A DNA stretch of 64,000 nt from Trichosphaerium sp. ATCC 40318 (Eukaryota; Protista; Tubulinea), in the NCBI GenBank assembly GCA_038496445.1, contig JALMLS010000017.1, positions 248,001 to 312,000 on the forward strand. Direction: 5' to 3'. Each line of letters starts with the position of its first letter. Within the stretch, counting starts at the first letter, position 1. Made by a program: the position numbers and the translations under genes. A model generated the notes under the pieces. The model was not told the DNA's origin. It ran no database searches and saw only the letters and a program-made list of their open reading frames with translations. Below are positions 50,463-62,289 of this stretch, piece after piece.

Positions 50463-52282
50463 CTACCTTATATTCTTTATTTGATTGGAAAGTACAGTTT
50501 GCTCTTCTTGAGATTCTACCAAGAGTTGTAATTGTATTTCTTGCTTTCGTGCATTGATATTATGTAAACAAGAATTAAAAAATGATTCCAAAGCACCCAG
50601 TCTTGATAATAAGTACAGTTAGTTTTTTTGGTTTTTTTTTTTGTTTTTTTCAGAAAGTTGGACGTACTGTGCTAATGATAATGTGTCATATTTTAAACCT
50701 AGCAGATTTTCTACTTTAAGTTCTAATTCTGTACAAAGAGGCACTTGTTCTTTCATCAGTCTCTCATAGTCTACCTTTGAAGGAAAAAAAAAAGAAAGTG
50801 AGTATTTTGTGGCAAAGTTGTCGTCGAAGCTTACTGGTTCGTTGGATCCTGGAGGAATAGAAACAGGTGTAAAAGTGGCTGGAACTTTTGGCTTAGGAGC
50901 TTTTTGTATAGATACATTCATTTTGACTGGTGCATCGACCTTCTTCTTATTGCCAATAATTTTTGCCTTAGCATCAACTTTCTTCGTATCTCCTACTGTT
51001 GTCCAACCAGAACTAGCACGTGTTTCCCTATGTGGCATTGAACTTGCTGTAGGTCGTGGCCTTGGTGAGTGTTGTTGAGTTTTTAAAGATTCTGTAAGTT
51101 TTGGTCTAACAAAACTTGCTGCCTTTGTTTCTTGTAGTTTTTTTGGAACAAATGGCTTCTTTGGTGCACCTTTCTTTACTGAACTAGCCTTAGGACCTCC
51201 TTTTTTCGGAACACCTTTCTTTGGTGCACTTTCCTTTGGTACACCTCCTTTCTTAGGGACACTTTTCTTTGGTGCACTTTGTTTAGGTGAAGATTTACGC
51301 TGTTTTTTTTTCGTATTTCTTTTTTGTTTTGTACGTGGTTTTTTATCTTGGTTAAATGCATCCATAGAATTCTTCAATGCGCGATCCTCAAGTTCTTTCC
51401 ACTTTTTGTTTAAATATGATATTGTACGCTTATCTTTTGTTAGTTTTGCAGCGCGTATAGCATCTACATTTGTTTTATCTTTAAGCGTCAAATCAGCACC
51501 AGCCTCAATGAGTACTTTAACAATCTGCAAAGACGTCAACTTGTTACATTTAAATAACGGCTTCACGTACATCTACATTACCCATACCAGCTGCCAATAT
51601 TAGTGCTGTTTTACCTCTCATATTTCTAGCGTTTACGAAGGTTTTAAACTCGCTTTTTGATACTGGAATTACAAAAAATTACATCAAAGTGAAATGATAG
51701 TATTTTGGCGTACATTTAGTTCTTGCTTCATTAAGAAGCAGCGCCGCTACTTGAGCACTTGATACAGCGCAATGTAGAGCAGTCATTTTGCTTGATCGGT
51801 TCGCAGCAATTAAAGAAGCTCCACTTTTTACTAAAACTTCCACAGCTTCATATTTATTTGCCAAACACGCGAACATGAGTGCTATAGAACAATGTCAAGA
51901 AAAGTTGTACCAATACAGATAGTTTGGCTTACGAGTGTCTCCTGACGCGTTAGATTGATTACAATCACCTTTTGGGTGCTGACAAAGCGTAGTTACGATT
52001 TCAGCATGTCCATGTTTGGATGCGAAATGTAGTGCTGTGTTACCCGTCTTAGGCGTAGTTATAGCTGGATCAGCCCCCTTTTCCAGCAACATGTAAACCT
52101 AATTTGGTCAAAGATTGATAGTGGGGCCAAGTTACCTTTACAAGATCTCCGATGGAAGAATTCGTCATAAGAGGCGTAATTCCAGCCTTATCTGCGGTAT
52201 TAACACCAATTCTGGGCGATTTTATTGAACCAGTGCCCTTGCGCCGTTTCGGGCTCTTAGGGCCTTTGGGGCTAATTGACAT
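50463..52282 (-). CDS. Ankyrin-repeat protein with a lysine-rich PKK-repeat region
   Basis: GITPLM, GNTALHFASKHGH, TALHCA; SAPKKSVPKKGGVPKESAPKKGVPKKGG. Confidence 0.8.
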
Positions 52283-52464
52283 GATAATTCGTATAAATGT
52301 ACCAAAGTACTACACAGTTTTAAGCGCGTAAGCAAAATAAGAAGTAGAAAATTAAAAAAGGCTTAAGTCTGCCAAAGTCGGAATGCCAATACAAAATATG
52401 TTATTGACAAACAAGTGCAATAAAACACCAAATAAAACCAAACACAGTCTTTACAAATTCTATT

Positions 52465-55400
52465 CTAGATATATTTTCCTGCCCACGTGTTTTTTGAATA
52501 GTCTGAGCGTTTTGAAACATAAGATTCTAGTTCGTCCTTTGGCATACCCGCCAACTCGCTGAACTCGCTTATAACAACCGAAAGTTGCTCAGGGCTGACA
52601 GTGTGAAGTTTTCCGATTGCAACAAATATCTGTGCTTTGGTTGTCATCTCTTCAATGCCAAGCTTTGCAACAAGCTTTTCGTAATTCTTTAGATCCCTTT
52701 TTTCAGAAATATGTGAGTCGAGAGTGCTAACATAGGCAATACACGTACAGCATGAGCACCATACCACCAAGTCCAAATGCAACGTTATATTTTTTAATAT
52801 GCTTCAATATGGCCCTAGCAGTTATTTAAGTTTGAATAGAAATAAGTTCTAAATGAATATTATGTTCGTACGTTATCAACCTATCACCAAGCTCCCTAAA
52901 GAATATATCCATATTTTTCCCGTCAAGAGAATCAATTACGATTAAGTATTGATCAGTGATATATTCTACTACTTTAGTGCAAGCCTGGATATTGATGTTA
53001 AACGAGTACACATGTAAAACTATTTTTGTACACTTGTAGGAAACTCAGGATTGAAGTCTTCCATCTTTGGTTTAAAGTCATTCCATTTTTGCTCTTTACT
53101 CAACAATCGCTCAACCCATGCAATGATAGCTAGTTAAACATTAACAAATAAGTGCTCACAGTTGTGTAGCTAATTGAGTACTCACCCGTGAGGCCCTTCA
53201 CTAGCCCTATACTTATTTTTTCCTCAAGGTCAAATAACAATCTGTCTTTTTCTGAAATACATACTTGCTCCTCTTCCACGAAATCGCTTAATCTATCCTG
53301 CTCCAAATGTGGCCGCTATGTGATATTTTTAAGTCATATTTACGTTTGTATTGAACGTACAATGTTGGTAAAAAAGAGTTTTTGGAGGTTGATGATGTTC
53401 AAGTTGACAAGTTTGCTACACTCAAATAGCTCCTTTGTTGATACATACCGTCTACCTTCCGAGACGCGCTTTATGACACTAAATAAGTTAGACAATGATT
53501 CAAATGTTTCTTTTTTCATACCCAGTAAGAGCAACGACCATGTATTTATCACCAAATTCTAATATCAATGTTTGAAACAACTTACGCATATTTTGTGCTC
53601 TATCTTCAGGACAAGACAGCAAAGCACATCGCTTAAAACCTTCAAGTCCTCTTTCTATTGTGCGTCATTAATTGATCACTTCTAGACAACGTACGTATAT
53701 AATCCAGTGACGTGTCGAGTGTCAGACGAGGACCAACATCAACTGCACCCTAACCCATTTTAACAGCGAACAAAACAACCTCATACCTGTGTTAATGTTT
53801 CAAAAAAGCTCGTGTTAGCAGCGTCACGCTCTTGTTCGAGTTTCATGCGTTGTTCACTTAGTTTTCCAGAATAGAATTCCTCCATTGAGGCAATCTCAAG
53901 GTCAATATACTCAGGGCTCTTTGTGTAGCGTGTGAACACGTGCTCAACCAATGGAGAAAGCTTTGTATATGGTACGAACTCCGTAAGCTTATTGATAAGA
54001 TCCTATAAATTATGTGAGTGACGTGTTGTTTCCAAGAACGTACCCGGGTTTTTTTAAATGCAACTTCGAGAACTTTGAGATAAACACCTTTGTTAGATTC
54101 AACACGATTAAGCATTATTTGCACAAGGCGCTGCACCTACAACCAAGGTGTTAACCAACATAAATTGTGAATGGCGCTACCTTTGTTGTAAATGTGACTT
54201 CTATAAGCTTCCACACCACATACTGTGGATCAGGAAAAACCTTTATAATAACACTTTCATATTCTCTTTTTATACCCGTTTCTATTGTTGAATAAAACTG
54301 CTACTAGTTAATCATTACACAATTGACTATGCTCACCTCTTCAATACGTTCTGGTATGTCACCTGATCCTTCTACTACCACAGGTTCCTCTCCCTGCTGT
54401 TGAGCTGAGAGTACTACTGCTGCCGCAGTGATGAGCTCATTTAACCTATCAAGCAGATCCATCTGCGCACATTCATTAAACGATGCCACAAACTCTACGT
54501 ACCATTCGTATGTACTCATTGAGACACTTTTCTCTACTCAATTCTGGTGCTTGAAACAATGTCTTTGAACATGCTTTCATTTTCTTTATATTAACTTCCC
54601 TACAGCCCTATACACTCATAAATTTTATTGTTGCAAAACAAAACAAAAAAAGTTACCTTCATGAAGCGTTTGCGCAAGAGCTCCTCTAACTCTCTATATT
54701 TAGTATCTACATTGGCAATTGCTACTTTCATTCTCTCCCTTGTTTCTAAATTCTCAGCCCTACTGAGTTCCCGTGTAACAGCTTTTAGTTTCTGCAATAT
54801 GAGCATGTTCTAAAAAATAAGTATTGGTCCTAACAGGGCGACTCGTACCTCGTGGAGCCTCGCTTGATCTGCAAATCTCTGAAAAAAAATATAAGCTCAA
54901 AATTCGTGCAAATCAACACACCTTTGGGAACTTGCGTTCTCGCTCATTGAACTCTAGAATAAACCGAATAATATCTTGTGCATCTTTGGCTCTATTCCTT
55001 TGTTGATCTACGCCTTCAAGCGTGCCTACGATAAACAATGAGTATATACACAACCAGTATTTACTTACCGCCAATCTTTACTGCTGTGGTTGATATTGTA
55101 GTTATTGTGTTATCCAATGCATCAAAGTTTCCAAAGACTGTTTCGAGTTGTTTATTTAAGAAAGATAGTTTTGTTCGATAATCAAACTCAGCTGTGCCAC
55201 ATTCTTTTGCAAATACGCCAATCTTACCTTCAATCTAAAAGCAATTTGTACGGACTCAAAGGAAATGAAATAATTACCCTACGTCTCAAAGCAGTCAACT
55301 CTTCCAATGTATCAGTGAATACAGTTTGAAAAGGTGTAGGATCGAATGGCTCTCCTTGACTCTGTAATGAGTATGGTATTATATACTAGTTGCATACCTT

Positions 55401-55568
55401 CTATTTCTAGATTCTTGCGTCCAGACTCTTCTCGTGCCTCAACAACTATCTTGCGAGAGAGACTTTCTATAAAAGTTTGCGCGTTAAATTTCTCCTGCAA
55501 AAGGTGTAAATCACGTGTTTGCAAAAAACGTTCTGTAAGCTAGTACTTTAAAATTCTTGTCTCTCCAT
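52465..55568 (-). CDS. EXOC5: Exocyst complex component Sec10
   Basis: FNAQTFIESL, IGGTLEGVD..R, SLDGKNMDIFFRELGDRL, GLGG..RDLKNY..LHTVSPEQL..KRSDY. Confidence 0.88.
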
Positions 55569-55650
55569 GTGCGTTTTAACTTGGTATGTGGCCTGTTTCC
55601 AGGCTTATTTTTTGGTATTTTGAGCGCCTTGACGAGGAGTGGTTTCGCTT

Positions 55651-56089
55651 TTAAGGCGTTATTTTGTGGCCTGTAATTCCCAATGTTGTACCTTTTATAA
55701 ATACTCTACTTGATTTACTGAGCAATGGTACTTTGTCTGCATCACAATACGGGAAAAACCAAACGTTTCTATGTTTGTTGAAGCCAAGTTTCGCTAGGTA
55801 GTTTCTAACGTCTATTTGTGTTATTTGACGCAACCACAAGGAAATTGAAGGTATTTCAAATAAAATACAAGTAAAAAGAGTTAAACGACAACGCACCGTT
55901 TCCAACGTTTGGCTTTAGTGCTTCCTCTAGCTGTAAGAGGCCTTCAGCCGATATACGCCAGCTCCAATTTGTCTTCCAGCTGAAATTTTTGTTTTTGTCG
56001 TTCTGCAATCGCGTAAATATAGCGTGGCACGCTTGGTGTTGCTCATCGGTAACAGAGCTCTTCACCCAATCTACATCACCGAAAATCAT
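55651..56089 (-). CDS. Small two-exon protein, possibly a degenerate HSF-type DNA-binding domain
   Basis: An intron GTGCGT..AATAG joins the two ORFs: SW..W.I...DVRNYLAKLGFNK..WFFP..PLLSK. Confidence 0.5.
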
Positions 56090-56187
56090 TGCTACAGCGT
56101 CAATTAACAGCCAGGAGTAAATTAACGACTTGACGGGTAAACTGTAAGTCAATTTACTAGATTTGACATTTGTAAAAATTCAAAAAA

Positions 56188-58291
56188 ATGCTACAAGGTG
56201 CATGAGCTCTCTTCTCACTTGACACTGACAAACTATCATAGCATTCAAAGCCAAAGCGCTATACCCGTACTATGCCGGTAAAAAAGCGGTTTACAACGCT
56301 GAGCGGACATTAGAAGTTGTTGAAAAGTCCACTAACGCACGATCAACGCTTCGATAATCTCCTAACCGGGTTTAGACAACTTTTACAAAAGTAAGTTGTG
56401 CCCCGCCACAAGAAGTTCAAAAACTAATGGCAAAAGCCGCCAGTAAGAGCAGCGAACTATCAGTACGCAGCAAAGTTTTTCAACAATTGTTAACAATCAA
56501 TCCTGCAAGAACTTTAAAAGCTATGAACGTAAGCAAGTTCTTCTACAAATAGCGGGAGAAATAGAGAACAGAAAACGCGAAATAGCGGAGGTTCTATCCA
56601 TGGAAGTTGGCAAATCAATAACAGGTACACTAAAAGGGTAAGGTGTCAGAAAGAAATGACAACTGTCGCAGACTCCATGGGAGAAGTAATGAGAGCCATA
56701 GAGACCTTTACAATCTCAGCAGAGGTACGTAACGATACTTTTTTATAGCATACATACTAAGCGTGCGAAGGAATCTGTCCGTCAGGTACATCTAACTTTT
56801 GGATTGCCTAATGCGTAATTATACACATATAGCAAGGCTCCGTTGATAAACTTGATATATCTCAACGAAACTCTGGGTATTCATCTATTACCACGAAATT
56901 CCCAATTGGTCTTGTGTCTATGATTGTACCTTTTAACTTTCCGCTTAATTTGGCCGCGCACAAGGTATAATCCGCATTGTTTTATGCCTAAAATAACGTT
57001 GAATAGGTTGGTCCTGCCATTGCGACAGGATGTCCCTTCGTTCTCAAACCCAGCGAAAGAACACCCCTTAGCGCGTCAATATTAGGCGAGATACTTGCTA
57101 AAACCAATCTTCCAGATGATAGGTAGGAGTTCCTACAATTTTATGTTGCTAATAAACGTTGTAGTTACGCCATTCTACCAACACTTGTAGATGACGCACC
57201 TCTTTTTTCCACTGATCCAAACATCAAAGTACGTCTGGTTTACAGTGCTATATATTTTTACAATCACGTAGATGATTTCTTTTACTGGCTCTCCTAAAAT
57301 TGGCTGGCTAATTAATGAAAAAGCAGGAAAAAAGAAAGTGGTAAGGATAAGACATCGTATTCTACTCAATAATTTGAACAGGCTTTGGAACTTGGCGGTG
57401 ACGCAGCATGCATCATCGATGCATCCGCTGATCTAGATAAAGCCGCAGCCAGAGTAACATTTGGTGCATTTTATGGAGCAGGTAAAATTCCTGAAAGAAT
57501 AAGAGTTGTATTTAAGATTAGCGTAGGCCAAAGTTGTATCTCTGTTCAACGTGTATACATACATGAGTCTGTCTACGACGCATTTATGACTAAATTTGTC
57601 CAAGCCACAAAGGCGCTAAAAGGAGGCAATCTACTCGATGATAAAACGTTCATTGGACCTTGTATTGCACCAGAAGAAACTGACAGAGTAATGACTTGGG
57701 TAAAGGAGGCAATAGCTAAGGTAATGGGTAAGAAAGCTGTGACACGCTAAAACCTTCTTTAGGGGGCTTCTGTAGAGTCTGGTGCCACAAACCAAGGTAA
57801 TGTCATGACACCAACTATCCTCAGTAATCTCCCAAGTACGTAACAAATATATATTGCCTCATGTAATGTTTGTCCAGGTGATTGCACTTTGGCCAAAAAT
57901 GAGGCTTTTGGGTACACGTTGCACCAACCGTTGGTAACTTTTTTGTAACAATTTCGTAGGCCTGTCTGCAATGTTGAAAAATTCAGTGACCTATCCACTG
58001 TCATAGAAAAGATAAATACATCTGACTTTGGATTACAAGCTGGTATCTTCACAAGCAATATTCAACACGCCTTCCAAGCATACAAGCAACTAGAAGTGGT
58101 ACGCAGCATACATACAGTAATAGCATTGATGTTTGTAGGGAGGACTCGTTGTGAATGATGTGCCAAGTGCCAGAGTAGATTCAATGCCGTACGGTGGTAT
58201 CAAAGACAGTGGTGTAGGCCGTGAAGGCGTTAAATTCGCCATGGATGATATGACAGAACTAAAAGTAATGTTAATGAAAGATCTCTTGTAG
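56188..58291 (+). CDS. Aldehyde dehydrogenase, ALDH21/RNP123-type
   Basis: PFNFPLNLAAHKVGPAIATGCPFVLKP, FTGS, LELGG, GQSC (catalytic), EAFGP, RVDSMPYGGIKDSGVGREG. Confidence 0.93.
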
Positions 58292-58429
58292 ACAGAATGC
58301 CAATACTGAAGCCTTGTTGATTTTTCACAAAAATTCATTGTCTTTTCTTGTTTGGTCCTCGTATTCAGCAAAAGTATTAAACAAAACACAAACATGATGA
58401 AAGGCAGCGGGCCTAGCAAGGGCACATAC

Positions 58430-61241
58430 ATGGACATCTTCTGTGCCGCTAAAGAAGGGCTGTTAAAAGAAGTTTCATCAATGTTTGAAGCAGGTTACGC
58501 TATAAACTACTTATACGCACTCTGACGCATATTAGAACCTCGTCTAATTAAAACTCGTGATAAATATGGCAACACACCACTGTACTACGCCTCCCTATGT
58601 GGTACGTGCTCTAGACATGATGTGCAGTTTAAAACGTAATTTATAGGTCACGAAGACGTTGTCACATTTCTTCTTGCCAACGGCGTCAAATATAACCCTG
58701 GAACGATTGACGGACAACGTGTTTACTTGTCCGCACTAAGTCTAAAAGTTCGCGAGATTCTGAAACAAGCATCTTCAGAACTCACTGGTGAAGGTAGGTT
58801 TTTCTTCAATACTCCATAAATAACACTCATAGAATCACGGGATTGGGCCAATCGCAAGGCGGATTTCAAAGTTAACCTGGACACTGACAGCCTCGTTTTG
58901 TACAACCTTTCAGCGAACGGGTACATAAATCCTTGTTTGAGTCTTCAGTATTGCTAAACTACACTAGTACTGTGGAGACAATAGAAGGCGCGCTAGGGAA
59001 AAAGTCACAGCGTAGAGTACGCTACATGCTCAGCAATCCTAACAACAAGTAAGCATATCGTGCACTTAGTCAATTAAACTAAACAAAAAAAAAAAGAGGT
59101 TATCACATGCTTGATTATGCTGCAAGTAAATCAAATGTACCTGTAATGGATTTCTATCACAGCCGCGGTGTAGATTTAACGATCTCTGCTCATCTTAAGA
59201 TTTGTTATGACATGTGGTATGTGGAATCATTTCGTTATTGTTAATATACTCACTACAACAGCAATGGTCCTTTACCAAAGTTTTCATCTCCAAACATCAG
59301 GCTTACAATTAAAGGTACCCCCAAGTAAATGATGTGTTGTGTTTATTAAATTGATTGTAGGGAAAGCTGCTTCGAAAGTATTCATGCTTCACAGCCTAAT
59401 ATTACGTTGTTTGGCTCCTGTCATCTCTCAAAGATTCAACTTAACTCTGTCAGAAGGACAACGTATGTCTAGTATTTAAATACACTACAACTAACTCAAT
59501 CAAAGAACACATCGTAAATGAAATTGCAGAAATTGAAGTTGATTTGAAACACTTCCTGCCACTTACAAGCTTCGACCAACTCGAAGCTCTCTTTAAGTAT
59601 ATTTACAGTGGCATTTCGCCTACGCACCCGGATATAAGAACTGCAATTAGCAAATTTTGCAGAGCCTACAACACGTCAATTTCATTAACCAAATCGTACG
59701 GTCTTGTACAACCATGTATTATTCCTAACTAAGGGCTTTTCATCATATAGAGCTACTCACCATCAAAGCTTATTGAGTGCTATTAACAACCCTACTGGAT
59801 CCGATATTGTTCTTCTTGTGGGGGTACTTTAAACCTTTTTTTTTGCACCTTTCCTTTGTTTACTAATTACGTTGTTAGAACAAACCAATTTTCTGCCACC
59901 GAATGCTCCTAAGCCGTGTGCCATTCTTTCGTGCATTATTTTTAGGACCTAATGCCACCCAACGATCAGTGTTACCAGGTAATGATTCTTTTAACCTGCT
60001 CCTGCTCAACGCCTTTAGTGAGTGGTGTTGACACTTATGCCTTTTTGCATCTACTTGAGTGGATTTACACTGGAAAAATGCAGCACTTGTCAAAGTGTTA
60101 CTCTAAGTACCAAAGCTACAATCCAGAGGTATGAATTTCACTTTTACTACACTTGTCTAATTCTTTTTGTACAGCCTAAATACCAATCATACAATTGGAA
60201 TGTGCCATCCCTTAGAAAAATTACATTAACGTACATGGCCAGCAATGCTGATAAAATTAATTGGACACCAGCATGCGAAGCAATGTTTATCACTGCGCTT
60301 ACATCTCATAATACCAATTCCAATATGTTTGCTGATATGAACCCAAATCGTTATGCGGTTAGTCTTCCAGGCAAATTAACACGTGAATTACACTTACAAT
60401 CTCACTGGAAATTAATCTCAAACTTGGCTCATCTAGCCTCGTTTTTTAGAATTAATGATCTTCAAGGTATGTAAGATTGTATACTTTTTAATGCTAACAA
60501 ATCCCCAGCCTTTATTCAGAATCAGTTGGGTGTCATTACTAAAGATTCTATGAATGAGACAGAAATTTGTGGCTTGTTCCTTTGGGCAGAGGCAACTCAA
60601 CTACTCGAATTTAGAGAACAATGCTTTGATTATATTGTTGATAATTATGGTACTTTTATCACTTCTTATACGCTCTTCTCACTAGTGTATAGGCATGGTC
60701 CAACGTTTTGACAAACACTTCGATAGTATCCCAAATCACCACAAACACTCGTTGAAACTTAAAGCAGCAAACAGACCGGCTTGGATTATTGCAGAAGAAC
60801 GACAGTACGAATCTACCTTACTATAGTTGCTAACGACAATATAGAGCTATTGAAGCTTTAGAAGCATCACAGATTGCTTCTAATCTAACCAATGCAAAAG
60901 CCATCATCGAAGCTGCTAAAATTACACAGGAGAAAGAAAGAAGTACGATATAAAATGAGTTTGTTGTAACACTAAAATTAACATACACTAGTTGCGTTCA
61001 AAATAAAATCTGAGGAGAAGAAAGCTGCCGAGGAAGTGGCATTGAAACAAAAGAAGAGTGCTGCCTATCAAGAAAACTTAGCTCTGAAGAAATACGAGCA
61101 ACAAGAAAAAAGAAAGCTGATGGCTGAACAAAAAAGACACAAGAAAGGCATGCAGGAAGCTGATGGTACGCACACATGTAGTATTGTAATGAATCTAACA
61201 ATCATTTTTTAGAAAATGGTGGGTTTGACGCCGGATTTTAG
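58430..61241 (+). CDS. ABTB1: Ankyrin-repeat and BTB domain protein (ABTB1-like)
   Basis: RDKYGNTPLYYASLCGHEDVVTFLLANG..DGQRVYLSAL; two BTB-like segments (LFKYIYSG; SDIVL..FCHRMLL..LLEWIYTG). Confidence 0.8.
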
Positions 61242-61335
61242 ATGTCTAGTTAGAATACAAGTGTAACTATGAAAATAAACTGGAAGTCTTGATAATATTG
61301 AAAATTACATTCATTTTGTTTGAGCAGCCAAAAAC

Positions 61336-62232
61336 TCAAATATTTACATCTGGCGTTGACCTAAACATGTCGTAGATGACATTGCCCCAGGTGGCTGTTT
61401 GTTTTTTTAAGGATACCTACATGTGTTGTGAGTGGTAGATGGTAACGAGTATCTCTATTACGTACGGTATAAGGGAATGGTGCAGAAATGTCACTTCGTG
61501 TCAGTGGTGGAATTTTACGTAGATTATTTGTGCTGTGATTTACGATTTCCATGACGAGAGAGCGTAAATCATTACCAAGAAGCTTCCGTCGCTCTTCTAA
61601 ATGTTAGTGACAAGGTCAGGTAAATATTAGACGAACCTGCTTGTGCTGGCAGAGGTGTATCGATGATGTTTAATACAATGATCCACTCTTCCCAAGGTAC
61701 TTTTTCTTGCTACTGAAGAGTCAACTCTGCACGGACTGAAAGACTACGAACCTTAGGTCGGCTCAATAACCAGCTTTGAGATGTTTTGAAAGTATGAAAT
61801 CTGATCATTATCTGTCGTAAAAATCAATTGACGCCACGCAATACTATGGTTCTCGCACCTCTACAGGCGATTTTACATTTTTTGCCTTGATTTCTGCTTC
61901 TATATTCGCTACAGAACTATCTATTCCCCTCACAATCTCTTCTTCATCAACACACGACTATTACGCGATTACAATAGGACAAGGCACATAATGCGTACGT
62001 AACAAATGTCTAAGTCTTCTAAAACGACCTGAGCGGGCTGAATACTGCCCAAAGCACGCGTAAATATTATTGTACTTAGTATGCCTAAATTTAATTACAA
62101 TAGATACGCTGTGACCTACATACAGCGTATTGAATCTCTAACGTAACGTAATTCGACGTTCTAGTAACAATTAGACAGGAATTCGAGAAAACAGCGTACA
62201 AGTTCCTTCAAGCGTATCATAAGGCCACTCAT
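61336..62232 (-). CDS. ATG101: Autophagy-related protein 101 (HORMA domain); not shown as a whole gene in the ORF track
   Basis: Eight short exons spliced by eye: ILSTIIFTRALGSIQP..DICY..EKVPWEEWII..IPPL..PFPY. Confidence 0.82.
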
Positions 62233-62289
62233 ACTCAGCTGGGTGATTAAAAAAGTATCTTGTGGTGTTTTGGTGCGTGGTTCGGTTTT

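Noticed and set aside
61409-61416. GTATCCTT on the minus strand as a U12 donor
   Set aside because: It directly follows an acceptor AG and encodes VSL at the start of the last ATG101 exon.
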